Assembly: GCA_903813345.2 (NCBI GenBank)
Contig: CAIIXF020000001.1
Location: 45,942,001 to 46,006,000, forward strand
Reading direction: 5' to 3'
Length of the DNA: 64,000 nucleotides
Source of the DNA: Owenia fusiformis
Lineage: Eukaryota
Made by a program: the position numbers and the translations under genes. Below, piece by piece: positions 26,301 to 38,809 of this stretch (positions are counted from its first letter, which is position 1; each line of letters begins with the position of its first letter). The notes below the pieces were generated by a model. That model was not told the origin of the DNA, made no database searches, and was given only the letters and a program-made list of their open reading frames with translations.

Positions 26301-29300
26301 CAAGGTTTTGATAAAAACAAAATAATTCTTTGAACGGAAAATTGAATGAGGTAGGGGTGGATAATGAGGGGTCTGAGGTATATTTCTGCAAGTTCCTGTC
26401 TGAGAGTGAGAAATATATTTCCTATCTTGGGGATTAGTTAAGTGAGATAATTGAAATAGTTCCCATACATTTTACTTTTCTGTTTGCTTTTAAAGAAACC
26501 TAATGAAGATAAGGACTCGAGATCTGATCAAACTTTGTTCCACATTTGCATAAGTTTAAATCTTATTGAAAAAAGTTTGAAATTGAATTGAGATATTGAA
26601 ATTTGTCTCTGTGTTTTCTATCAACAACTTGAAATTCCCATGATAAATTCTCATGCTATTAACATTGATATATTTTAGATCTTAGACGAAGAATTGAGCT
26701 CATACAGGATTTTGAGATGCCTGCTGTTAGCAACTGTATCCAGGTTTCAAAGGATCAACAATACATATTTGCAACAGGTACTCAATACTCAGTTATTTAG
26801 TGTCTACTGTACCCAAAAAAGGGTGACCTTTCTTTCGGTTACTTTTGTAATTACAATTGTATCTACAATGTACCTCAAAATGTCTAAACTTCTCAATATT
26901 TTTATAATATTTTCGCAGATTAATATAGGTGTCTTGACAAATGAAATTTCATACAAAAGGAGGAAAACATTTAAGAAACTACTAAGTTATATTGTCCCTA
27001 AATAGTGAATTTGTGATTTTAGGTACATACAAGCCAAGAGTTAGGTGCTATGATACTAGTCAGATGTCAATGAAGTTTGAACGGTGCATGGATGAAGAAT
27101 GTGTTAAGTTCAAAATACTCAGCGATGATTATTCAAAGGTAAAGATTGAAATAATATGTGTCAAAGGAGGAGGGAAAGTATCGCAACAGATTTCGGACAG
27201 TCATATCTTGGATTTTGGCTATTCTCTGAGGATTTAAACAGGTGCATATGTTAGAACAATGCATTACCTCCAGGAAAAGCACTTATAGAGATGATAAGAT
27301 AATTTCGACTTTGAGGCAGGGAAGATGCAAATAACCCACCCACATGTTTTTCTGAAATGTTGTTCTTATTTTCAACCCCTTCCACCCCTGCTTTTTTGAT
27401 TTTTGTTGCATCAATATGTTGCGTTTTGACAGAAAGTAAACCCCTTTAAAGGAATAAGTGATTCCTTCGAGGGTTTTAAAGATATCCATTATGGGTGACC
27501 AAAATTAGCTGAAAGCAATGGAACGCATGAGTTTTCCCTATGGGAAAATAACTTGGGAATATTGTTTTCCACTTTATCTAAAAGGAATCACTTATTCTTT
27601 TCCAACATGTGACTGTCTGAAATCTGTTGCGATACTTTCCCCCATCCTTTGTTTTTACAGGTTGCATAAAAAAGTCCCCATCCCAGCTAACACTGACAAC
27701 TATGATATCAAGTCAACAGATTATCAATCATTTATCAATAGGAATTCTCGTAAATTCATGGCCAAGAGTATAAAGAAAAATGAATGAGTCAGTGAAAAAG
27801 TAGTTACAGTATGGAAACCGCAATTTTCCAGCAGATGTCCAGTGTACATACACACGATATTCCCTATGTCTCATTCTTGTTATATTATTGGTAAAACCAT
27901 AAAAAATTGAATATTTTTTTGTCTTCTTACAGTTGCTGTTTCTACACGCAGACAGACACGTAGAGTTCCATCATCAAAATGGTCGTTATTATAGAACTCG
28001 GATACCCAAATTTGGTCGTGATTTTGTTTACCATGATGCATCATGTGACCTTTACTTTGTTGGTGCTAGGTATAAGACTTACATTTCAGTACATTTTGAT
28101 TCAGCTACAATTAGGGTTAAAAAGAGACTCAGTACCAGTCTCCCTGTCTTGCTAAGCCTTTTGAAACATTGAAAACATGTTTTTGCCCCCCCCCTTAACA
28201 TATATTTAAAGAAATGCGGCATTGATATTTGACTGACTGTCCCAAAATTTTATGAAACATGAATAATATTGCTTTTACTATTTGTTAGTACTTCTTTAAC
28301 TTATAATGATCTCTGCTATGTTTCAGTTCAGAGGTTTACAGACTTAACTTAGAGCAGGGCAGGTTCCTGAATTCCTTGAAAACAAATGCAACGTAAGTGT
28401 TTCAAATACAAATGACTCATATGCAAATTGAAGCCAGAATGCATGCCATTCTGGTGAGGTGTTTGTGCACTCACTGTAAAGCGCGTCTAATAATTTTATT
28501 GCTTAAAAGTAGTTTTATATCTAGAAAACAATATGAGAAATGTTGTAGCAACAGATGATAGCAACAATTCAGATCATGTTCAAAGTGTAACTCATTTCTT
28601 CAATAATTGGTAATTTATAATCATGCAAATTACATGCAAATTTTCATCATGTTGATCTAGATTAAAATTGTCACAATAACCACCTACGATAAAAATTTCA
28701 TTAAATGACTTATAGATTTAAATTGTGTAGCTATATTATTTGTTATTCAAAGGATTAGATCTTGCATCCTGTTTTTGTTTGTAGAGAGAGTTACTGTTGT
28801 GATTTGAATCCAGAGCACTATTTGTTTGCCTGTGGTACAAAACAGGTGAGAAATGACATGTTTCAAATACTAGTAGACTTTCTGTAGTGTAATTTCTGCA
28901 ATGTTTAAAGAGCAGTATAACATAGGTTTCTAATACAGACAGTCAATGATGTACCATTATTATTGCTCATATAATATCTCACATACCATGAATATATCTT
29001 GAGGATAACTTTTGGGTATATTATTGCCGAAATATTGATATAATCAACAGAACAACCGACATTCAGAATTAACCACAATCGATTCCTAGGCTAGCGAGGA
29101 AAACCCTGTTGAGTCACACAAGCTGTCACATGCGTCTTTAACCTGGCAGCCAATAAGGTTCAAGATAAACAAATTCAATGACCAATCAGAGAACAGGGGG
29201 ATTTTCCCGGTGTATTCAAACTTCAAATCGAATTAATTTATTTAGTTAATTAAAGGAATATTCCTTGGCAGACCCTTTCTCTCTTGATATGGTAGCTATA

Positions 29301-32300
29301 ATCATATATATAGTTTCCATATTTAGCAAAACATGGGAAAATGTTTTAATATGGTCAATATTGATCATTTAAAAATCTAGTGCTTATTTCCAGTGAGCTG
29401 CTATCTTTAAAGATTTCTTGCAGGAAGTGATGTCATCAACTCTCAACTTCTATAACCTTGTCCATAACAGTATAGGAAAGTAGCACAAAATCACTTCTAG
29501 ACAAGTGATCATTACTTTCTGTGCAAAAATATTTTCAGGGCTTGTCAACTTAGAATAAAAGAAGAGATTTTCAGAAGGATTAAATAAGATACAAAGTTGA
29601 AAAAGAATATTTAGCTGGTTTTGTAATTCTTAATAGCTCCTCACCTAATGCTATATGCAAAGTTGAGAGTCGATGACATCACTTCCTGTGTGAAATTTTA
29701 AAAGATGGCAGCTTACTGGAATTGAGCATCACATTTCTAAGTGATCAAATTTGACCATATCAAAACATTTTCGCGTGTTTTGCTAAACATGGCAAGCATA
29801 TATATGGTTATAGCTACCATATGAGGAGAGAGATGGTTTGGTAAGGAATATTCCTTTAAGATCGTTCAGCACAAGAGTAAAATTAATACTGAAAGCAGAG
29901 GATTTGGGACTTCTTTGTTTGAAAGTAAGTGAATGTGTGCCGAAACTCTATATGCAAAAATGTCTCAAAGGGTCTTGATTGTGCAATCCTATGGTATAGG
30001 GTTTCTTTAAGGATGTTCTCCATTCCAGTAATAGTGTTCCTCAAACATGGTTTCCTTAAAGTGTGTGCCTGACCCGGCTACGTATAGCACAGAGTTTATA
30101 CTGGCGGATTAGACTAGTTCATTTTTTATGTGTGTGAAAGCTTTCTCTTGTTTGCGTTTTTTCGTTTAGTACGGTTTTGTTATAATTGCCGAGGTCATAT
30201 AACCGGGATAAAACAATGATTAGCGTTGACTGCCCACACACAAAACATACGTTGAGTGAACAGTGTTATTACAAACAACAGGCTTTAGAATACAAAGCGT
30301 AGTGTGATAATAAGCTGTACACTACCACTGCTGCATGTACATATTACTAATTTACTAGGGCTCCCAAAGAGTGGATAGGGAGGTTGTGTTTGTCACTTTT
30401 AAATTTTACATTTCAAAATTGTCATTTTACATGTCATAATTTGTTGGTTTCATTCGTTTAGCCAATCAAAACATTGTAAAACAATAAATTGTCTGTTACG
30501 TACAATCAATTTTGTTCAGTTTTAATTAGTTGTCAGAATAAAGTTACGTTCATCTGAATCCATGTATCAAAACAAAAATCCTATTTTCACTTCAAAATAC
30601 TTCAGTGAGATGAAGGCTCGGAATTGTCACATGCAATAACTTATTGTCGTATTCGTTATTTTATCTTCTCGATAGTAGCATTTAGTCGCACATTTGATGC
30701 CAGGTCACCTTGTCGCATACCTCTTGGGGAACCCCACATTTATGTGTGTACTCATGGAAGTAAATTCCCCGGTGTAGCCGAGAGCCACAAACTTTTCAAC
30801 AGGTTCGAAATGACCAATTTCTCTCATATATACTCTAAATATTTTATTATTTAGCACCTACAAAGTATTGCTAATAACCATATGTAATTTCAATAAGGAA
30901 ACTTATCTGGCTACGTATAAATTCAATATCAACACTAGCTGTTCTCTCAACACGTCCTGGCTTACCTTGTGGTGACAAACCCTGGATTTTCGCTATTTAT
31001 AGTTTATCAACACCTGGACGCATGCGCATTTTATAGTTTATCGGGCACTTTAAATCCCTTAAAATAATTTGTCAAAACCTTCAGAAGGAGACAAGAGAGG
31101 CTGTCACATACATTGGATTATTTTACCTTTTCTCGTTTCAATACGCAACAAAATTTCATGTACATGATTATTGTAACACATTCATTCAAATATAATGTAT
31201 TGTGTGTTTATTTCAGGGTAATGTGGAATGCTGGGACCCCAGAACAAGAAACAGGGTGGGGATTCTGGATTGTGCCCTGTCATCAGTCCTAGAGGATATA
31301 GAGTAAGGATGCAGCTTAGCTAGCTTTTAATTAACTTTATGCAAACTTGAAATCACTATCAAAGTAAAAAAAAAGTAATGACAAGTTTTAGAGAATTTTC
31401 ATGCTAATCAGTCCTCATCAGTTTTTTTTTTCCAAAATTGCCTAGTGTTTAGAGTAAATGATTAAAACCGGATTTATTTTAAATGGTAGTAGTCATGGAT
31501 AATAAACCTAGATCCTTGTATATATCAGAAATGTGATTATTGTACATATCTACCCATGCTTTAATGATATAAAACCAAAGGATAATGCGACACATGGGAC
31601 TACAGCATACTCCAGCTTTATACATGTATTAAGTAATTAATAATATGAATCTCCTTATTCCAGAAAAGAGGGAGTACCAGCAGTGACGTCACTGAAGTTT
31701 AAGGACGCTCTTACTATGGCAGTTGGGACAAGTACAGGACAGGTAACTGAATTTACAACTTCATATATTAAAAAGTATCACTTAATAATTCATTTAAATC
31801 ATATTCTATTCTCAAAATCAATTCATTTGTGTGGCAGAAATTAATTGTAAAAAACAGTTCTTCCATACAGAGATAGACAATCTTGATCAATTCTTTCTTG
31901 GGTACTAGTACACTAAGTATATAATCTTTTCAAAAAGTAACCAAACGGCCATAAGTTGGTTATTCAACTTTTATAAAAAATCAGATCAAACTTGCTTAGA
32001 TCTAAGATGAGTTTCCAAATAAGTTTTTCATTCTGGAAAATTTTCTCATTTATTTTTTGTGTCACCATCCCAAGTGGTGACATACTGTATTGTTATAGTC
32101 TTCAACTTTTTTCTGGATGGTGTTCTGCGGCTTTTGTTCAGTGTTTCCGCCATTGGTGTCTGTAGCAAATGACAAGTGATGACATTTTGCATGTTAATGC
32201 CTTGTCTCTATTTATTAGTGAACATCAAATCACGTTGTGTTTAATATTAAACTATTATTTCAGATACTTCTCTATGACATTAGATCTGACAAACCACTTC

Positions 32301-35300
32301 TCGTAAAAGATCACCAGTTTGGTCTTCCAATTAAAAATATAGTATTCCACAAATCCACGGACCTGGTTTTATCACAAGATAGCAGAATTTTAAAACTATG
32401 GGACAGAAATACGGTATGTAGGCCCATTATTGATAATTTCCCAAGTTCAATAGCCCACTCTCAGTCTGCTATGAATCGTGGATTGTATTAATTTATCAAG
32501 GAACAATTGGGAGAGGAGGTAACGTCTTCCATGTAGATAAGTGACATCCACTCAGAGCAGTAATTTGTCTGACAATTACTTACATTGATGACATTGCCTC
32601 TCAGTACTAGCTCCAGTCTAGTATTGCTAACCTCAACCTGGTGTTGGTATCTGAAGAATATTGGGAATCATGCTTCATAAATGCCATGGACCAATATAAT
32701 GGTTTTAGGGAAATCAGGAAATTACCTCTTGACATATATATTTTCAGATTGTGTATTAGTAGTTGTAGTGTACTCATACTGATCTGACTTTATTACATGT
32801 TTTCTGTATTTTACCAGGGTAAAGCATACACGTCTATAGAGCCAGGTACAGTGCTGACAGACATGTGTGTTGTTGAGAACTCAGGAATGGTGTTTATGGC
32901 TAATGAAGCTCCAAAGATGCTCACATACTATATTCCAGTAAGGCATTATTTATATTGAATAAATGATTGTACTGAACACTGAATGATGACTAATATCTAC
33001 TTGTAAACATACCATCTGAGTGTCTTAGATGTTAATGTACTTTGTAAGGATGTTGGCAGTTTGTTTTAGCCACATTGGTTTCAAGTTTTTTATTTAACCA
33101 AAATAATTTGATATTTTTTGTTTAGTCACTAGGTCCTGCTCCAAAGTGGTGCCACTTCTTGGATAGTCTGACTGAAGAACTGGAGGAGAACCCTACTCCT
33201 ACAGGTAAACTATTACCCTCAGCAACAGTGATTGTCAGGTTTTAAACTCTTTACATGTACCGTGAGTTCTCTGAACTTGCTGAACCAATCAAAACCCATC
33301 ATTCTTTAAGGACGGTTCACTTTATATAAATGAATAAAATAGCATTGCTCTATGGTGCTCTCTGATTGGTCGAATTGTAAAATGATCATTCCTTGTAATA
33401 TGTTAGATGACTTTTATCGAACTCAGGCTACTTTTCATGTTGGGATATGCAATCTCTCATTAGTCTCATTCTTATTATCCCATACCATGTTTGATAACAA
33501 TAAATACTATCATGTGTAGCCATTTCCAGGAAATGTTAAAATGATATCCATTGTTGAATGTCAGAGCATTGAATAGTCATGTCTTATCTAAATATTTAAT
33601 GCCATTATTAAACATCAGTTCCTGTAATATTCATGCGACTGGTAAATACAGTAACTTTCAAAATATTTGAACAACAAACAGCCAATCATAAACTTTTCTG
33701 ACCTTTAAATAACCAATGGCAAAACATAAACTATTTTCAATTTTTTGAATAACCAATAAGTAATCATAGACCATCATTTTGTAGTGTATGATGACTACAA
33801 GTTTGTGACGAGGACAGAGCTAGACAGTCTTGGCTTGGCACATTTGATTGGTTCAAGTCTACTAAAAGCATACATGCATGGTTACTTCATGGATATTCGA
33901 CTCTATAATAAGGTGAGTTGTGATACAAGTAAAGGTAGAAAACGTGGAGTGAGTAAATAATTATGGGTGACTTCCTCAGAAAATTTAAGATGTTCAAATA
34001 AAGTCATGATCCTTAACAATATCGTAAAATAATCCTGTTTCACATATTTGAATTTTTATGTCACCACCAGAAGTGGTGACATATTGTTATAGTCTCCAAC
34101 TTTTTAATGGATGGCATTCAGCAGTTGGATTTCATCATTTGGCGTCTGTAATGAATGTAACAGATGGGAGGTGGTAACATTTTGTATGTTTAATGGCTCG
34201 TTCATTCTATATTTGGAAATATATTGACTAATTTACTTGTGCTTTGATATTACCCAGAAAAAGTTTTTAATCATGTCAATTTTACACTTAAAGCTTTAGT
34301 AATCTTGTTGTATGAAAATATAAAAGTAATGTATGTCGTAATATTGCTTTTTAGAGCATGCAATGTGCGGGTTTAAACCACTTACGCTATTAGGGTTGCA
34401 TAATTGTCTTCTGGTAATACATGGGATGTTGTACCAAAACAAGTACAATAAGTAATGTACTCGTATAATGTATCTCATTTACTGATACAAAAGTCTTAAA
34501 AGATACACATACATACTCGTACAACAAATTATTTACTTAATCATTTCCAGGCTAAATCCATATCAGATCCATTTGCCTATGAGGAATACAGGAGGAGTAA
34601 GATTAGGGAGAAAATTGAAGAAGCACGTGCTAATCGTGTTAAGGTTAAGGTAAAGCACTTCTTACATTAATAAGAACTATTAATTATCTTATAAAAAAAT
34701 GTTGAAATTATGAAAATTGCATAATTTGATTAACTTTGCAGCTTCTGCAATTGAATTGTATTACAATCACAAAATCAAAGTAGAATAAATTAAGATAATT
34801 CACTGTACTTGAAATAAATTTTCTTACAAAATATACTACATACATGTACATATATAACATGTGTTAATTGGACGCTATTTCAGAAACTTCCTAAAGTAAA
34901 CCGTGCCTTAGCAGAGAAATTGATCGATCAAGAAGCCGACGAGCAGAGCAAACCAAAGAAAAAGGTATTTTATGATAACTGTTCAATCTCATAGAAGTTT
35001 ATTATTCTGTGCTCTCCAATCCTACTATTGGTGAAATATATAAACATAAGTGTAGCCAGCTTTTAGGCATGCAAGCTTTATTATTTGACATTTTTTACTG
35101 AAACTGAAGATTCTGTTCCAAAGAAGTACACTGTTGGTCAAATATTTTGGATATAGGGCATTTTGCAAAAATTAGTATATTGTCTTTATTATGAAAATTA
35201 TAAATTTTTATTGCATGAAAATATGCGAGAGTGATTGTTCTACATTGTCCAGTTGTATATTGTGTTTCCAGAAGGAAGCAGCCACACTGCTACAGGATGA

Positions 35301-38300
35301 TCGGTTCAGTGCAATGTTTAAGAATCCTGACTTCCAAGTGGATCCAGAGAGTGAGGACTACAAACTTCTCAACCCAGTTGTCTCTAAATTAGAGAAGTCC
35401 CGCCAGAAAAAAGCACAGAGAATCGTAGAGGCGGAGGCCCACCAAGATGATGATGATGTGAGTAAAGACTTCTTATTCCAATAATTGGTTGATGTGAAGT
35501 AAAACATAAAATATACATTTGAAGAATTATTAGAATCAAATGTGAATTGACCACTTCCCATTGACAAACAACTTATAAATCTGAACACATTATAAACAGT
35601 CTCATCCTATTTGTAAATGTCAGAACTTCAAACGATAAAATCATGCAATATTTTAACCAGATTCAAACATTCTGTTCATTAGTTTATACTCAAATAGTGG
35701 TGTCAATTAACCGCTTGAGCATTAACCGGTTAACTGGGTTTTTTTACCGGTTAAAGTCGGTTAACCGGCGGGAAATTTGAACTGATAATTTCAAATGAAA
35801 TCTTCATCTTCGATCTTGAAAGTTGAAACAAATTGGAAAAATGATATATCGGCGTTTATTTTTTATGTTCGTCAAGCTTTACTCTATTCTATGTAAGTAA
35901 GCGCGGGAAAGCAATGTGGCAGGGATTAAAGTTGCTGATTGGATGTTTGTAAGGAATTATCGGACCTATCACATGTATGAGTAGCTCACATGAAACTGAC
36001 GCTTGAAAAACAAACAGATTAAAATGCAAAGTAAGGGTGGGAAAGCAATATGGGAGGGATTAAAGTTGCTGATTGGATGTTTGTAAAGAGTTATAGGACT
36101 TATGACATGTATGAGTAGCTTACGTGAAACTGACACCATAAAACCAAACGGATTAGCATGCAAAATAAGCGCGGGAAATCACAGAATTATACACGGTCAA
36201 CTAACCGCCCATAAAAACACAGACCGGTCAAGGCATTATCGGCGGTTAACCGGTTAACTGGTTAATACTTGACACCTCTATACTCAAAACGAGGGGTTGC
36301 GAGGCTCAGTCCCCACTGGGGTGGATTGACTTTTTCATATGAGCCCTTAGTATAGGATTTCATTCTGTGTTTTCATTAACCAGTTAGAATTGTGCATCCT
36401 ATTTGAACAACAACAGAGAATAGTCTTGCTTTATAAGCACCCGCTCTGGCTCAGTGGCAGAGTCAAGGTTACCAATATCGCTTTGCCCCGGGTTCGATTC
36501 CCGGTTCAGACAAGTTTGTTTGTGCGTTATGTAATTCTGGGTGTTTGACTGAGTGGTTCACGACTCGTATAAAAGGCTGTGGTGTGTACCTGTATGTCTG
36601 TGTACCTGTGCAGTGTGCACACAAAATAACACAGGGCTCCTCAAAATCATGCAGTTTTTCACCATTCTGACCATTTTTTGTATGATTTTTGGCCAAATTT
36701 GCCAAAGTGAACCCCCCCTAGAATTTTAGGGAAAAGTGAACCCCCCCTTGGAAAATTCTGGCTACGGGCCTGGCTCCTCCAAGGAGGGGTTTCTGGCTCT
36801 ATCATCGAGTTTAAAATACGTAAAATACGAAATATGCCAATGAGGTATTGCTCGCCAAATATGGCGGTAACCAAGATATAATAATATGATATACAGTAAT
36901 ACACTTACAATGTACATCAGCCAATTTGCTTTACTCCAATGTAAGATTGTTTGTTTTTTCAGGAAAGGGAGGGTAAAGCAAGTTCAGATGAAGATAGCTC
37001 AGACGATGAACATACATGGGCACAAGAGGTAATACATAAGTTAACTTTTCTCTGTCTCCAAATTAATTATTTTTGATTGATATTCTACTCCAAAATACTT
37101 CAAATTGAAGTCAGGAATTTAATAACAAAGAAAGCATAAAGTATAGAATACTCTGTGAATTTCAAAGAACTGATCATTACTGTATCTATAGTTTATTGTA
37201 TTTTATATCTATATATTATTTTGTATCTTATATTTTAATATGTCAACTTTGAATCTATGAGATTAGAATATAAATGATTAAACTAATAGGAATGCATACT
37301 TGTTGTTCAATAATATTGTTGTTGTAAAACCTGTCTTAGTGAACACCTCTCTAGTGAACACCTGTCTTAAGTGGACACCCTTTCCCAGCACATACTCTAT
37401 TGACTTCTGTATAAATTACCCTCTCTGTACTGAACAGCTACCAACACTGGATATTTTTTTCTCGGCAAAAAAATGTTCAATAGGTTTTTACACAGGTTTT
37501 TACTGTAAGTAGTGTAATTCTACTTATCGTATGATCTGTAAAATGAAGCCTTCTGATTGGTCAGTTCTCGTGCTGTATTGCTATTGAGATTGTCCCCGTT
37601 GATCATCTCCGTCGCAATACAGAAAATATTGGTATGGAGGGGACAATCTCAGTAGCAATACAGAGGATCACACGATAAAAACGTTATTGAATGATTTGAA
37701 GTGCAATACAGTATATATTCTTCGTCTCGTTCCAATACGGAATTTCTTGAGCAGAATATATCCTGTATTGCACTTCAAATAATTCAATAACTATAATGTA
37801 CTACTACTAGGTGAAGCAACAATACAGACAGGTTCAACAGGAAGCTAAGTTACAACGTAAACAAGAATGGCAGGAAAGGCAGGAGAAATTGAAATTCTTT
37901 GAAATTAAAGATGGTACTGAGTTCAAGGGAATAAAAGATAAATCTCAAAAACGAAAACAAACAAAGTAAGTTTTAATCACATGCTCAAATTGTCTTGTTT
38001 ACTGAAGAGTTGTCTGTTCCAACTTAAATTATAAATGGAATTAGTCAAACTTTTATTCAACGTTTTTCAGAATAATGCCCATTTGTCATATACTTACAAT
38101 AACATAACAAACTCTAAGTATATACAAGTTGAATTTTCAGTTAAAATCCCAGTCTTATGTAAAGAGATAAAGCATGTTGTGACTTTGTTTACTCCAGGAG
38201 AAGTCTTGGTGATAGGCTGAAAAGTGAGGGTGATTCTGATATAGTGAGGCAAACAGGAACATCACATGGTGCCAGAGAGATGACCTTTACACTGAAAAAG

Positions 38301-38809
38301 GCAAGCCTTCTTTTTATTTTTGGATATACTTAATTTGCCATACTAACAAAGCTTACAAAGTGTTCCAAAAAAATGACTGCAGACACCTTATTAAAGATAT
38401 GTTCAAATTTTCCCGGTATATGTTTTATTCTTTCTGTGATGGCAGCTATGCACTTTTTAGACATCGGATGGAGCATGACTTAGCTACTACCAAATATGCA
38501 ATGTTTTTCCAATTTTATGACTTGCACAGACCTGGGGATAATTCAAAAATATGAAGTTACCTGTATGTTAATAATAACTTGATTCACAAACTAAAGCCAG
38601 TTGAGAGCCTGGAAGTGAATTCCATTCAAACTAGCCTATTGAATTCATTTGCTGACACATTTTTATTCCAGAGTGATAAGGAGAAAACTAAGAAAATGGA
38701 GATGCAGCAACATCATGCAGAGAGACGGAAAATACGAAGATCTGCTCATGAAATAACAAAGACTTCTAAGCCTCAACCTAAGTACTGGATGGGAAAGAAA
38801 GTATCATAA
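23311..38809 (+). CDS. NOL10: Nucleolar protein 10 (WD40 + NUC153, SSU processome), 20 coding exons, ~686 aa
   Basis: Exons: 23311-23376 ([22 protein letters not shown]), 26201-26246 (WLSDRKKR), 26679-26777 ([12 protein letters not shown]), 27023-27138, 27933-28069, 28327-28392, 28785-28845, 31217-31302 ([13 protein letters not shown]), 31664-31742, 32264-32413, 32818-32937, 33126-33204 ([20 protein letters not shown]), 33785-33912 (YDDYKFVT), 34551-34649, 34884-34964, 35272-35457 ([16 protein letters not shown]), 36963-37028, 37811-37965, 38198-38300 and 38672-38809. Total 2061 nt, open frame, colinear with vertebrate NOL10 as recalled. Confidence 0.96.
23734..25033. mobile_element. ~1.3-kb TIR element in NOL10 intron 1
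   Basis: CACTCGTCAGTATCAA...GATGGTGGATGGTAAGTGTCAATTTCGATACTTTTAGTTTTCATC pairs with GATGAAAACTAAAAATATCGAAATTGACAATTGCCGTCCGCCATC...TTGATACTGACCAGTA. Confidence 0.65.
25389..25711. mobile_element. MITE with CA(C/G)(T/G)GGCGGATCTGGG TIRs and a 5-bp TSD
   Basis: TCAAG|CACTGGCGGATCTGGG ... CCCAGATCCGCCCCTG|TCAAG. Internal GGGCC(C/T) repeats. Confidence 0.8.
29254..29855. mobile_element. Kolobok-type MITE (TTAA TSD, AGG...CCT ends, ~200-bp TIRs)
   Basis: TTAA|AGGAATATTCCTT...GGTAGCTATAA...TTTAGCAAAAC pairs with GTTTTGCTAAA...TTATAGCTACC...AAGGAATATTCCT|TTAA. Confidence 0.85.
30060..31049. mobile_element. Possible Kolobok-type element (TTAA|AGTG ... CACT|TTAA)
   Basis: TTAA|AGTGTGTGCCTGA at the left and TCGGGCACT|TTAA at the right. 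The TIR is short and imperfect. Confidence 0.5.
32058..32210 (+). mobile_element. Helentron/HINE-like short element copy
   Basis: 5' hairpin TGTCACCA..TGGTGACAT, then TATTGTTATAGTCT, ending ACATTTTGCATGTTAATGCCTTGT. Confidence 0.6.
34058..34202 (+). mobile_element. Helentron/HINE-like short element copy
   Basis: TGTCACCACCAGAAGTGGTGACATATTGTTATAGTCTCCAAC...GGCGTCTGTAA...ACATTTTGTATGTTTAATGGC, same family as 32058. Confidence 0.6.
35695..36280. mobile_element. hAT-type MITE with a perfect 8-bp TSD
   Basis: TACTCAAA|TAGTGGTGTCAA ... TTGACACCTCTA|TACTCAAA. Subterminal TTAACCGG repeats at both ends and an internal ~135-bp tandem duplication (~35900-36170). Confidence 0.9.
36439..36640 (+). mobile_element. 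tRNA-derived SINE
   Basis: Pol III box A TGGCTCAGTGG (36447-36457) and box B GGTTCGATTCC (36491-36501), without a canonical cloverleaf. The downstream CACGACTCGTATAAAAGGCTGTGGTGTGTACCTG resembles a conserved SINE central domain as recalled. Confidence 0.75.
37322..37506. mobile_element. pogo/Tigger-like MITE
   Basis: TGTAAAACCTGTCTTAGTGAACACC ... ACAGGTTTTTACTG|TA. A relative is at ~42802-42932 (TACAGTGAACCTAAAGTGGGACACC...GGTTTTACTG). Confidence 0.55.
37515..37790. mobile_element. Double-hairpin non-autonomous element
   Basis: Hairpin 1 pairs 37573-37597 with 37638-37662. Hairpin 2 pairs 37684-37720 with 37754-37790. Confidence 0.7.

Noticed and set aside
35269..35274. NAGNAG acceptor (CAGAAG) at NOL10 exon 16
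   Set aside because: Common, changes only one Lys, and there is no evidence it is used.
36439..36512. tRNA gene
   Set aside because: A and B boxes are present, but there is no proper acceptor or anticodon stem and a SINE-like body follows, so it is called a SINE.
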